Position numbers and translations under genes: made by a program. A stretch of DNA of 40,000 nt from the NCBI GenBank assembly GCA_963851175.1, contig CAWKNU010000002.1, forward strand, positions 308,357 to 348,356. Direction: 5' to 3'. Below the pieces are notes generated by a model. It saw nothing but the letters and a program-made list of their open reading frames with translations, was not told the origin of the DNA and did no database searches. Every line of letters begins with the position of its first letter. Position 1 is the first letter of the stretch. This DNA comes from an uncultured Alphaproteobacteria bacterium (GTDB lineage: Bacteria > Pseudomonadota > Alphaproteobacteria > Rhizobiales > Beijerinckiaceae). Shown here piece by piece: positions 25,035 to 33,247 of the stretch.

Positions 25035-25196
25035 ATGTTGCTGATTCGGCGATTCCTGAGGGCTACGGAGGGAGCCACGGCAATCGAATATTGCATGATC
25101 GCCGGGTTGATCGCCATCGCGGTTGTCACCGGGGTGACCGGCATTGGCTCGCACCTCAACGGCTTTTTCGGCGCTGTCAGCGCGGGATTGAACTGA
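25035..25196 (+). CDS. Flp/Fap family type IVb pilin
   Basis: MLLIRRFLRATEGATAIEYCMIAGLIAIAVVTGVTGIGSHLNGFFGAVSAGLN (53 aa) carries the Flp motif G-ATAIEY-x-[LM]IA with a hydrophobic stretch. It is below the ORF-track cutoff. Confidence 0.8.
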   Translation: MLLIRRFLRATEGATAIEYCMIAGLIAIAVVTGVTGIGSHLNGFFGAVSAGLN

Positions 25197-25238
25197 TTCG
25201 CGCCACCTGGACCTGAGACGGCGTCCGCCCGGAAGCGC

Positions 25239-26132
25239 TCACTCAGCCGCCAAAGCGCCTCGCTCGGTTTTCCCCGAAAGATTGTCGAGACTGGATACGA
25301 TGTGACCGGCCAGCGCGTTCGACAGGGCCGAAGGTTCACCCCTGTTTCGTAGCAAGGCGATCTTGCAGGATGGCAGCGACGGGAAACCGTCACCGGCGCC
25401 GAGAATCCGCATGCCTGACCGCACCGCACTCTCCGGCAGCACCGAAACCGCGAGACCGGCCAGCACGGCAGCGCCCACCGCGGTCGAATTCCAACTCGAG
25501 TAAAGCACCCGATAGCGTCGCCCGACTGCTTCGAGCGCCATGGATGCCGCATGTCGCCAATTGCAGCAGCTTCGCCCGAGCGCCAGGGGCAGCGGATCGA
25601 GTTCCTGCACCGAATGGCGGACCGACGTGACCCAGAGCAAGCGCTCGCGCCGGATGATCGATGCTGCGCCGCGCGATTCCACGTGCGTCACGATCGCAAG
25701 ATCGAGATCCGACGCGTCGATCCTTTCGCACAACATCGCCGTGGGCTCGCACACGACCGTGACTTCGACCCGTGGATTGGATTGCGAGAATCGCGCGAGG
25801 ATTTCCGGCAGGTAGCGATCCGCGTAATCGTCCGGCACGCCCAGACGCACCCTTCCGGCCAGTTCGGCTTCGGCAAAGCTCGCCAAGGCTTCGCCGGACA
25901 AGCGCACGATCCGCCGAGCATAGTCGAGGAGCTTCTCGCCATCCTCAGTGAGTTTGGAGGCACGACCATCCCGTTCGAACAAGGCGCGCCCGACACCCTC
26001 CTCTAGCTTCTTGATCTGCATGGAGACGGCCGATTGCGTCTTATGCACGGTCTCGGCAGCGCGGGTGAACGTCCCCGCATCCGCGATGGCGACGAACGTT
26101 CTCAACTGATCGATATCAAGCAGGGCCGGCAT
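25239..26132 (-). CDS. LysR family transcriptional regulator
   Basis: LDIDQLRTFVAIADAGTFTRAAETVHKTQSAVSMQIKKLEE is a LysR wHTH. It is followed by a substrate-binding domain. The protein is 297 aa. Confidence 0.92.
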   Translation of the reverse strand: MPALLDIDQLRTFVAIADAGTFTRAAETVHKTQSAVSMQIKKLEEGVGRALFERDGRASKLTEDGEKLLDYARRIVRLSGEALASFAEAELAGRVRLGVPDDYADRYLPEILARFSQSNPRVEVTVVCEPTAMLCERIDASDLDLAIVTHVESRGAASIIRRERLLWVTSVRHSVQELDPLPLALGRSCCNWRHAASMALEAVGRRYRVLYSSWNSTAVGAAVLAGLAVSVLPESAVRSGMRILGAGDGFPSLPSCKIALLRNRGEPSALSNALAGHIVSSLDNLSGKTERGALAAE

Positions 26133-26293
26133 TTTGGCTCAATCAGCGCAAGCGAAGGGTGCGACTCTGAGGCCATACTGACCGCAGAGCCCGACCTCCG
26201 TATCACTATCCGTGATGAAAGCCATAAGAAACATTCGTTTTTATGATTTCCCCCTTCCCGCTATTCTGTTCGTTGCAGAATGAGGGAAACGTC

Positions 26294-26626
26294 ATGCATG
26301 CCGACACCGTCTTGGCGAGATCGATGGCCAGCCTATCGGGGCTGATGGGCTGGAGTCACGGGTTGCAAGTGGCATGGCGCCGCCGCAAGGTCATGGCCGA
26401 ACTCGCCACCCTCGACGATCATCTGCTTCGCGACATGGGAATCACGCGGCAGGACGTCGAATCCGTGCTTGCGGACCCTAGCGAGGGCGATCCAACCTTG
26501 CGCCTCGCCGGACGCGCCCGGGAAGCCCGATGGGGTCGGCGTGCCAGCGCCAGAGAAGAGCGGCGTTGGGCGACGCTGCTCGAAGAGGCGGAAAAGCCAT
26601 CCGCATCCGACCGCCGCGCCGCGTAA
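26294..26626 (+). CDS. DUF1127 domain protein with a C-terminal extension
   Basis: ...WRRRKVMAELATLDDHLLRDMGITRQDVESV... is the DUF1127 motif. The gene is divergent from the LysR gene. ATG at 26294 follows GAGGGA. Confidence 0.7.
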   Translation: MHADTVLARSMASLSGLMGWSHGLQVAWRRRKVMAELATLDDHLLRDMGITRQDVESVLADPSEGDPTLRLAGRAREARWGRRASAREERRWATLLEEAEKPSASDRRAA

Positions 26627-26644
26627 TCAGGCCGTCCAAGAAAG

Positions 26645-28210
26645 CTACCGCAGCCCGCGGAAGACCAGCACGACGGCGATGACCCAGAGCGCCAGAGTCA
26701 GCCAGCGCACGCGCTTGGCCTCGGCGCGGGCCATCGCCTCGATGGTTTCGCCTGACAGGCCGAGACCTTCTTCGGCGGCATCCTCCAGCGCCGAAACGAT
26801 CCGTTCCGCCCTGATCAGAAGCTCCGGCACCGCAAGGCTGGTCCGCGCGAAAGCCATCAGGGTCGAGGCCGCATCGCCGATCTTTCCCGCGGGTCCGAGA
26901 TTGTCCTCGATCCAGCTGCGCACAACCGGCTCGGATGTGGCCCACATGTCGAGCTTGGGATCCAGCGTGCGGCCGACGCCCTCGACCACCACCATGGTCT
27001 TCTGCAGCATCACGAGTTCGGTCCGCGTGCGCATGTCGAACAGCGCCGTGATCTCGAACAGCAGGGTCAGCAGTTTCGCCATCGAGATCTGGTCGGCGGT
27101 GCGCGAGTGGATCGGCTCGCCGATGGCGCGGATCGCCTGTGCGAAGTCCTCGACCCTGTGGGTGTGCGGCACGTAACCGGCCTTGAAATGCACCTCCGCC
27201 ACGCGGCGATAATCGCGCGTGATGAAGCCGTAGAGGATCTCGGCCAAAAAGCGCCGCTCCTTTACGCCGAGGCGCCCCATGATGCCGAAATCCACCGCCG
27301 TCAGCCGCCCCTGGGGATCGACGAAGAGATTGCCCTGGTGCATGTCGGCGTGAAACAGCCCGTCCCGCATGGCATGGCGCAAGAAGGCCTGGATCACGGT
27401 CCGGCCGAGTCGCGGAAGATCGAAGCCGCGCGCCTGCAAGCTGGCCAGGTCCGACAAGGACGTGCCGTCCACCCATTCGAGGGTCAGCACGTCCTTGGCA
27501 GTGAGATCCCAGTCGATAGCCGGCACGTGGAAATCGGGATCCGCGGCGACGTTCTCGGCAAATTCCGATGCCGCCGCGGCCTCGATCCGGAAGTCCATTT
27601 CCATGGTGACGGAACGGGCCAGCGTGTCCACCACCTCGACCAGTTTCAACCGCTTGGCCTGAGGCGACCAGCGTTCCGCGAGGTGCCCGGCGAAATACAT
27701 GTCGGACAGGTCGCGCTTGAAGCGACGTTCGATGCCTGGCCGCATGATCTTGACGGCAACCTCGCCGCCGCCCCGCCTTTCCGTGAGGCGGGCCTTGTGG
27801 ACCTGCGCAATGGAGGCCGCGGCGACCGGTTCGCTGAAGCTCGAGAACGTTTCCGCGATCGGCCGGCCGAACGCCGCCTCGATGGTTTGCACGGCGACGC
27901 TGCGCGGAAACGGCGGCACCCGATCCTGCAGGCTTTCGAGGTCCTTGACGGCCGCCACCCCGACGACATCCGCCCGGGTCGCAAGAAACTGGCCGAGCTT
28001 GACGTAAGAAGGCCCAAGGCGGACCACCGCGGCCACCAGCCCCGAGGTGCCGCTGGTCGCCCGTGGGCGCGCGATGAGCTTCGCCAAGGCGAGCGGCAGA
28101 CGCCCCTCGACCGGTACGGCTCTCGCGTCGACGTCCGAAAAGACGCCTTCACGGGCCAGCACAAAGCCGGCGCGCGCCAGGCGCACGACATGGCCGATGG
28201 TTGCGAACAT
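26645..28210 (-). CDS. ubiB: Ubiquinone biosynthesis protein kinase-like UbiB (ABC1 family)
   Basis: The 521-aa protein contains LGPSYVKLGQFLATRAD, AAASIAQVHKA, VAVKI.RPG, HADMHQGNLFV and C-terminal TM helices. It lies immediately downstream of ubiE. Confidence 0.92.
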   Translation of the reverse strand: MFATIGHVVRLARAGFVLAREGVFSDVDARAVPVEGRLPLALAKLIARPRATSGTSGLVAAVVRLGPSYVKLGQFLATRADVVGVAAVKDLESLQDRVPPFPRSVAVQTIEAAFGRPIAETFSSFSEPVAAASIAQVHKARLTERRGGGEVAVKIMRPGIERRFKRDLSDMYFAGHLAERWSPQAKRLKLVEVVDTLARSVTMEMDFRIEAAAASEFAENVAADPDFHVPAIDWDLTAKDVLTLEWVDGTSLSDLASLQARGFDLPRLGRTVIQAFLRHAMRDGLFHADMHQGNLFVDPQGRLTAVDFGIMGRLGVKERRFLAEILYGFITRDYRRVAEVHFKAGYVPHTHRVEDFAQAIRAIGEPIHSRTADQISMAKLLTLLFEITALFDMRTRTELVMLQKTMVVVEGVGRTLDPKLDMWATSEPVVRSWIEDNLGPAGKIGDAASTLMAFARTSLAVPELLIRAERIVSALEDAAEEGLGLSGETIEAMARAEAKRVRWLTLALWVIAVVLVFRGLR

Positions 28211-28213
28211 CCG

Positions 28214-28987
28214 CTAGAGTTTCCAGGCCGAATGGATCGCCACCACCCCGCCGGTCAGCCGCGTGGCCGAAACCCGCCGGAACCCAGCCTCGGCGATCAT
28301 GTCGGAAAACGTGTCCACGTCCGGGAAGCGCCGGATCGACTCGACGAGATAGCGGTAGGGCTCGCCGTCGCCGGCGATCAGGCGGCCCATGGTCGGAATG
28401 ACGTTGAACGAAAAAGCGTCATAGATCCGGTCGAGAGCCGGCACGTCGACGGCTGAAAATTCCAGGCACAGGAAGTGGCCGCCGCGCTTGAGCGTGCGAT
28501 AGGCTTCGGCCAGGGCCAGCGGTATCCGGGGGACGTTGCGGATGCCGAATGCGATCGTATAGCAATCGTAGGAGCGGTCGGGCAGCGGCAGCGACTCGGC
28601 ATTGCCGGCGACGAAGCGCAACGCGCTCGCCTGTCGCCCGAGGCGGCTCCTGCCGACCCGCAGCATGTCGGGATTGATGTCGAGCACCGTGACCTCGGTG
28701 CGGGCGCCCCCGGCCTTGGCGACCCGGCGGGCCACGTCGCCCGTGCCGCCCGCCACGTCAAGGTGCCGGTAGAGACCGCGGTGCGACGGCTTGACCATCG
28801 AGACCAGCACATCCTTCCAGACGCGATGCAGGCCGCCCGACATCACGTCGTTCATGATATCGTAGCGCTCCGCGACAGTGTGGAACACGTCGTCGACGAG
28901 CCGCTGCTTGGAGTCGAGCGCAACGTCGGTGAAACCGAAATGCGTGGTTTCCGGACCTGGGGATCTGCGAGGAGGCGAGGACGTCAT
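28214..28987 (-). CDS. ubiE: Ubiquinone/menaquinone biosynthesis C-methyltransferase UbiE
   Basis: The sequence contains ...THFGF..V....K...[24 protein letters not shown]...LDVAGGTGD...FGIRNV... Confidence 0.92.
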   Translation of the reverse strand: MTSSPPRRSPGPETTHFGFTDVALDSKQRLVDDVFHTVAERYDIMNDVMSGGLHRVWKDVLVSMVKPSHRGLYRHLDVAGGTGDVARRVAKAGGARTEVTVLDINPDMLRVGRSRLGRQASALRFVAGNAESLPLPDRSYDCYTIAFGIRNVPRIPLALAEAYRTLKRGGHFLCLEFSAVDVPALDRIYDAFSFNVIPTMGRLIAGDGEPYRYLVESIRRFPDVDTFSDMIAEAGFRRVSATRLTGGVVAIHSAWKL

Positions 28988-29069
28988 CGGGCCCTTGTGA
29001 AGCTTGGGACCGCCTGGCGCAGAGACCGCCTCGACCCCAATCTAAGATCTGAACGGACGCTTTAGCATC

Positions 29070-29951
29070 ATGCCCGAACTTCCCGAAGTCGAAACCGTGC
29101 GACGCGGCTTGGCCGCAGCCATGACGGGCGCCACCATCCTCGGCGTGCAGCAGAACCGGCCCGACCTGCGGTTTCCCTTTCCGGACGATTTCCCGCAGAG
29201 GCTTCTCGGGCGGCGTATCGAGGCCATCGAGCGACGCGCCAAATATCTGATGATCGGGCTCGACGACGGAACCGTGCTCGCGTCTCACCTCGGCATGACC
29301 GGGTCGTTCCGGATCGAGGCGGACGGTGCCGAAAACGTGCCAGGCGCCTATTACCGCGCCCGCGCTCCTGCAGGACTGCACGACCACGTTCGGTTCGAGC
29401 TCGATAGCGGCATTGTCATAACGTACAGCGACCCCCGTCGCTTCGGCTTCATGGTGCTGGTCCCGCGATCGGAACTCGGAGGGCATCCGCTGTTTCGCGA
29501 CATAGGCGTCGAGCCATTGAGCGCGGATTTCGACGGCGCGGTGCTCGCGACCCTGCTGGCCGGCAAGGGGACGCCGCTCAAGGCCGCGCTTCTCGACCAA
29601 CGGCTGGTCGCCGGACTCGGCAACATCTACGTTTGCGAAGCCCTGCATCGCGCCGGCCTGTCGCCACGGCGAGCCGCCGCCACCCTGGCCCGCAAGGACG
29701 GATCACCGACGGTCCGGGCGATGCGCCTGGCCGCCGCGATCAAGGACGTGTTGCGGGAAGCCGTCGAGGCTGGCGGATCGACGTTGCGAGACTATCGCCA
29801 TGCCGACGGTTCGCTCGGCATGTTTCAGCACGGCTTTCGCGCCTACGACCGCGAGGACCATGCCTGCCAGACGCCGACGTGCCGCGGAACCATTCGCCGC
29901 ATCGTGCAATCCGGCCGTTCGACCTTCTTCTGCGCGGAGTGCCAGCGGTGA
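29070..29951 (+). CDS. mutM: Formamidopyrimidine-DNA glycosylase
   Basis: The sequence starts [14 protein letters not shown], continues with ...[17 protein letters not shown]..., and ends in a C-terminal zinc finger, C..C.....[11 protein letters not shown]. Confidence 0.93.
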   Translation: MPELPEVETVRRGLAAAMTGATILGVQQNRPDLRFPFPDDFPQRLLGRRIEAIERRAKYLMIGLDDGTVLASHLGMTGSFRIEADGAENVPGAYYRARAPAGLHDHVRFELDSGIVITYSDPRRFGFMVLVPRSELGGHPLFRDIGVEPLSADFDGAVLATLLAGKGTPLKAALLDQRLVAGLGNIYVCEALHRAGLSPRRAAATLARKDGSPTVRAMRLAAAIKDVLREAVEAGGSTLRDYRHADGSLGMFQHGFRAYDREDHACQTPTCRGTIRRIVQSGRSTFFCAECQR

Positions 29952-30023
29952 CACCCTCGCCTGCCGATGCCGGACCGGACCAGCACAGGCCCGGGCCGAG
30001 CATGGCTGGCAGCGGCGTCGCGT

Positions 30024-30590
30024 TCAGTTGCTGACCACGGACTCGATGGCTGCCTGGGTGTGCGAGCCGGAGCCGAATGCCGCCAGGATCTTTTCCCGCA
30101 ACGAGGCCGCGATCTCTTCCTCCACGGTCGCCTGCTGCTCCGCGGCCTGGGCACGGATCTCGCCGGCTTCGGCGCGCGCCTCGGCCGCCTCCAGGCGCTG
30201 TTGCAGCCCCGCGATGCGGGTCTCGCATTCCTGCAATTGGGTCTTCATGGCGGTGGCAAGCCGCTCCCAATCCTTGATGACCCGTTCTGCTGTGTCGGTT
30301 TCGGTCCGCAGGCGTTCGCGCAGCTCTGCCGCATTCGCTTCGAGCTGGTTGCAGCGGGTCTGCAGGACGTCGATCGTATTGGCGGCGCGCGTTACGAGAT
30401 CGAGCGCGACGTCGTTGTCGGCCTCGGTGTCCGCGAGCTGCTCCCGCGGCGGCGCCCGATGATTGCGGTCGCGGTTGCCTCGGGCCGCCATTTCCTTGTC
30501 CAGAAGGCGCGAGCTGAAGCCGGACGCGTTGATCCCGTCATGCTTCCGGATCATCTGCGTGGGCTGCTGACTGTGGTCGGTCAAGCTCAT
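30024..30590 (-). CDS. Coiled-coil protein of unknown function, paralogue 1
   Basis: ATG follows GAGGA. A disordered N-terminus is followed by IDVLQTRCNQLE...WERLATAMKTQLQECETRIAGLQQRLEAAEARAE...REKILAAFGSGSHTQAAIE. It is colinear with the ORFs at 30911 and 31795. Confidence 0.7.
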   Translation of the reverse strand: MSLTDHSQQPTQMIRKHDGINASGFSSRLLDKEMAARGNRDRNHRAPPREQLADTEADNDVALDLVTRAANTIDVLQTRCNQLEANAAELRERLRTETDTAERVIKDWERLATAMKTQLQECETRIAGLQQRLEAAEARAEAGEIRAQAAEQQATVEEEIAASLREKILAAFGSGSHTQAAIESVVSN

Positions 30591-30910
30591 GTTCGTCCTC
30601 AAAGTGGTGTCATTCCGATGTGGACAAACTTAATAAAATATTGACAAAAGGCAATCAGCCTCAGCCCTGTTTGGCACAATGCTCGTAAGCACGGTTAACA
30701 TCGCGCATTAATCGTCAGCTGGCTGCGGTCCGGGTCTATGCTTGCTCGCGGAGAGCTACGGCCGATTTACAACTTATGTAAGGTTAATGCGTTCGGGCTT
30801 GCCGTGCAAAAGTACGGGCTTCTTGCGGGTCAGACCCTGGGAGTGCAGTCGAAACCTTGGCTTTCGTTCCGGCTGCCACGCCATGGTCCGCCGCTCAAGC
30901 AGGTGTCGGT

Positions 30911-31468
30911 TCAGAGGCCGAGGGTGTCGAGGGCGTTTTGGGTGCGGGTCCCGGTCCCGAACGCGGAGACGATCTTGTCGTGGAACCGGGCGGATTGGTC
31001 CGCCTCCTCGGCCGCAAGGTGCTGCAGGGAGTCGAGTTTCTCCTTCAGCTGTTCGGCACGGGCCTCTGCGGCATCGCTGTTCTGCTTCATGGTCGCCAGC
31101 CGCTTCTCGCAATCTTCGAGCTGGGTCTTGGTGGCCCGTGCTAGCCGCTGCCATTCGGCCGCGAGACTTTCGGCGGCCTCCACTTCGAGCCGCGAGCGCT
31201 CGCGAACCTCCCGGGTTTCCAGTTCGAGTTGCCGAACCCGGGCCTGCAAGGCGTCGATGACGTGCGATGCCTTGTCGACCAGTTCCATGGCGGCGGTGAA
31301 ATCGCGTCTGGGACTAGGTGCATGATCGGGCCTGGTGAACACCAGGGCCGGCTCCCGAAGCTTCGGGGCAGCGCCGTTGTCATTGTCCATGGAATAATTC
31401 TTTGGGCTGCCGGCGTCGCCCATCAGTGCGGCCTTGTCGGAGGCGGGCGGATTCTGCACCAAGGTCAC
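30911..31468 (-). CDS. Coiled-coil protein of unknown function, paralogue 2
   Basis: GTG follows GGGAGA. The sequence is ...IDALQARVRQLE...WQRLARATKTQLEDCEKRLATMKQNSDAAEARAE...FHDKIVSAFGTGTRTQNALD. Confidence 0.7.
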   Translation of the reverse strand: MTLVQNPPASDKAALMGDAGSPKNYSMDNDNGAAPKLREPALVFTRPDHAPSPRRDFTAAMELVDKASHVIDALQARVRQLELETREVRERSRLEVEAAESLAAEWQRLARATKTQLEDCEKRLATMKQNSDAAEARAEQLKEKLDSLQHLAAEEADQSARFHDKIVSAFGTGTRTQNALDTLGL

Positions 31469-31735
31469 TGGCTTTCTCCCGACGGATCGCGGCGATCGTC
31501 AAAGCTCGAAAGTTTATTCCAGGCAGCTTGCGTTAAAACGGCGCTAATCGACCGGTGCAGGATTGCGGTTTGCGGCAAGATAATCGGGAATCTCGGTGGT
31601 TGCTGGAGCCGGTTTCAGTCGAAACCACGCCGGTCGGCGCGACCACACCTGGGTAATCCGATGTTGAGGGGTGCCGGTTCCCGCACCGTGGACCGGTCCC
31701 ACAGGCACGCGCGCACGAGCGTCAGCAGGACGGCG

Positions 31736-31751
31736 TTAACCATTTGTTAAC
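31736..31751 (+). promoter_or_regulatory. Perfect CtrA box (TTAA-N7-TTAAC)
   Basis: TTAA ccatttg TTAAC lies at 31736-31751, 44 nt upstream of the ATG of paralogue 3. Confidence 0.5.
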
Positions 31752-31794
31752 CATCCGGGGTCTTTGCTCGCTTGGTGGACGGACGGAGGATTCG

Positions 31795-32403
31795 ATGGCT
31801 TTGCGGCAACAGCTTCAGCGATCGCAAGTGGGGCGCGAGATGGTGGAGCACACTGGATCCTCGCCGAGCAGCCTACCGGTCGGTCCCGACTTTGCCAGCT
31901 TGATGCACAAGGTGGTCCAGCAAACCGGAGCGCCGGCCGAACAGTTGCAGTCGAACAAACCCAGGCGCGACTACGAGACCGCATTCGGGCTTCTCGATCA
32001 GGCTTCGACCGCGCTCGACACCCTGCTGCAGCGCTGTCAGCAACTGGAACAGCAAGTCACCGATGTGACCGAGCGCGCCCAGGCAGAAGCGGCAGCGGCC
32101 GAGGACGTGACATCGCAGTGGCAGAAGCTTGCGACCGCCATGAAGGTGCAGGTCGAGGAATATGAAAAGCGCATGCTCGCCATGAAGCAGCGAGCCGAAG
32201 CGGCCGAGGCCCGCGCCGCGGCGATCCAGAACCGCGCCTTGGCGGCCGAGCAGGCTGCCTCGGAGAAGGAGGATCTCTCCACGAGGTTCCACGACAAGGT
32301 CGTCGCGGCATTCGGCATCGGCTCGCGCGCTCACGGGGTCCTGGAAGCCGTCGCCAAAGGCGCAATTCCGGACGGCCAAGCCGCCAGTTCGGCCGCGGGC
32401 TAA
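31795..32403 (+). CDS. Coiled-coil protein of unknown function, paralogue 3
   Basis: ATG follows GGAGGA. The sequence is ...LDTLLQRCQQLE...WQKLATAMKVQVEEYEKRMLAMKQRAEAAEARAA...FHDKVVAAFGIGSRAHGVLE. Confidence 0.7.
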   Translation: MALRQQLQRSQVGREMVEHTGSSPSSLPVGPDFASLMHKVVQQTGAPAEQLQSNKPRRDYETAFGLLDQASTALDTLLQRCQQLEQQVTDVTERAQAEAAAAEDVTSQWQKLATAMKVQVEEYEKRMLAMKQRAEAAEARAAAIQNRALAAEQAASEKEDLSTRFHDKVVAAFGIGSRAHGVLEAVAKGAIPDGQAASSAAG

Positions 32404-33152
32404 GGGAAGCTCGGGCCTATAGTTTCGGACCTGGATCTCCCGTCCGCGTCCGACGGCTGCGCCTTCACGCGCTCCCCCGCCTCCCCGGCGGATTTGGCCG
32501 CATGGGCTTGTCGATTGATCGCCTGCAGGTTGGGGCCGCCCCAAAACGCCAGCAGGTCGGGCCACGGCAGATGCCGGTGGTCACGCCACACCCGGAACAA
32601 GGGAACGCGGTGGTCAACCTCGGCAGTCTTGAGCAGGCGCTTGCCGGTCAGGACGCATTTGCGGCCTTGGAGCCGCCGCAATAGCCCGATGCGATCGTTC
32701 GGCGCGATCCAGAACTTCCAGGCCGCGACGCAGCAGGCGTGCCAGTTCGCCCTGGCGTTCGGCTTGCCATCGTTCCACAGGTCGCGGTGCCAACCGAATC
32801 TGAACACCGGCTGGCCGCAGATGCAGCAGCGGCCGCGGCCCAATGCTCTGGCTTTTTCCCGAAACGGCGCCGGCGGCGAGCGGAAGGTGCGACCGAGCCC
32901 AGGGTCGGAGCCCCTGGACAGCCTCCAGGTCCAGCCCTGGGGCGTGCCGGACTGACGCGCGAGCGCGCGGGCGAGACGATCTGCGCGGAGGGGATGGGCC
33001 GCCCAATAGCTTTCGACGGCGAGGCGCGGCAGCGGCGGTATCAGGGCCCGCGCCAGGGCATGCACTCTGACCTGCACCGGGAAGATGGGAGGCATCGCCT
33101 TCAGCAACCGTGCCCGCGAGAGCGCGTTGCGGTCGTCCCTCCATTGCGACAT
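32400..33152 (-). CDS. HNH endonuclease family protein
   Basis: The C-terminal half reads CCICGQ...H..CC...C.LTGKRL..AEVDHRVPL...NLQAINRQAHAAK, giving Cys pairs and an H-N-H arrangement. The N-terminal ~110 aa are unassigned. Its stop overlaps the stop of the convergent gene (CTAA). Confidence 0.7.
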   Translation of the reverse strand: MSQWRDDRNALSRARLLKAMPPIFPVQVRVHALARALIPPLPRLAVESYWAAHPLRADRLARALARQSGTPQGWTWRLSRGSDPGLGRTFRSPPAPFREKARALGRGRCCICGQPVFRFGWHRDLWNDGKPNARANWHACCVAAWKFWIAPNDRIGLLRRLQGRKCVLTGKRLLKTAEVDHRVPLFRVWRDHRHLPWPDLLAFWGGPNLQAINRQAHAAKSAGEAGERVKAQPSDADGRSRSETIGPSFP

Positions 33153-33247
33153 CGATTCGGCCTGCTCCAGGGGGGCGAGGTGTAATGGAGCTTCAGTCGC
33201 GGTTCAAGCAATCGCGCAGCGTCGGAGGAGGGTTCCGGCACAGCCCA

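Noticed and set aside
24932-25552. A 206-aa minus-strand ORF and a 73-aa plus-strand ORF (24995..25216) covering the flp region.
   Set aside because: Neither has family resemblance or a good start context. A different plus-strand frame encodes a textbook Flp pilin, and the LysR gene accounts for the 3' part.
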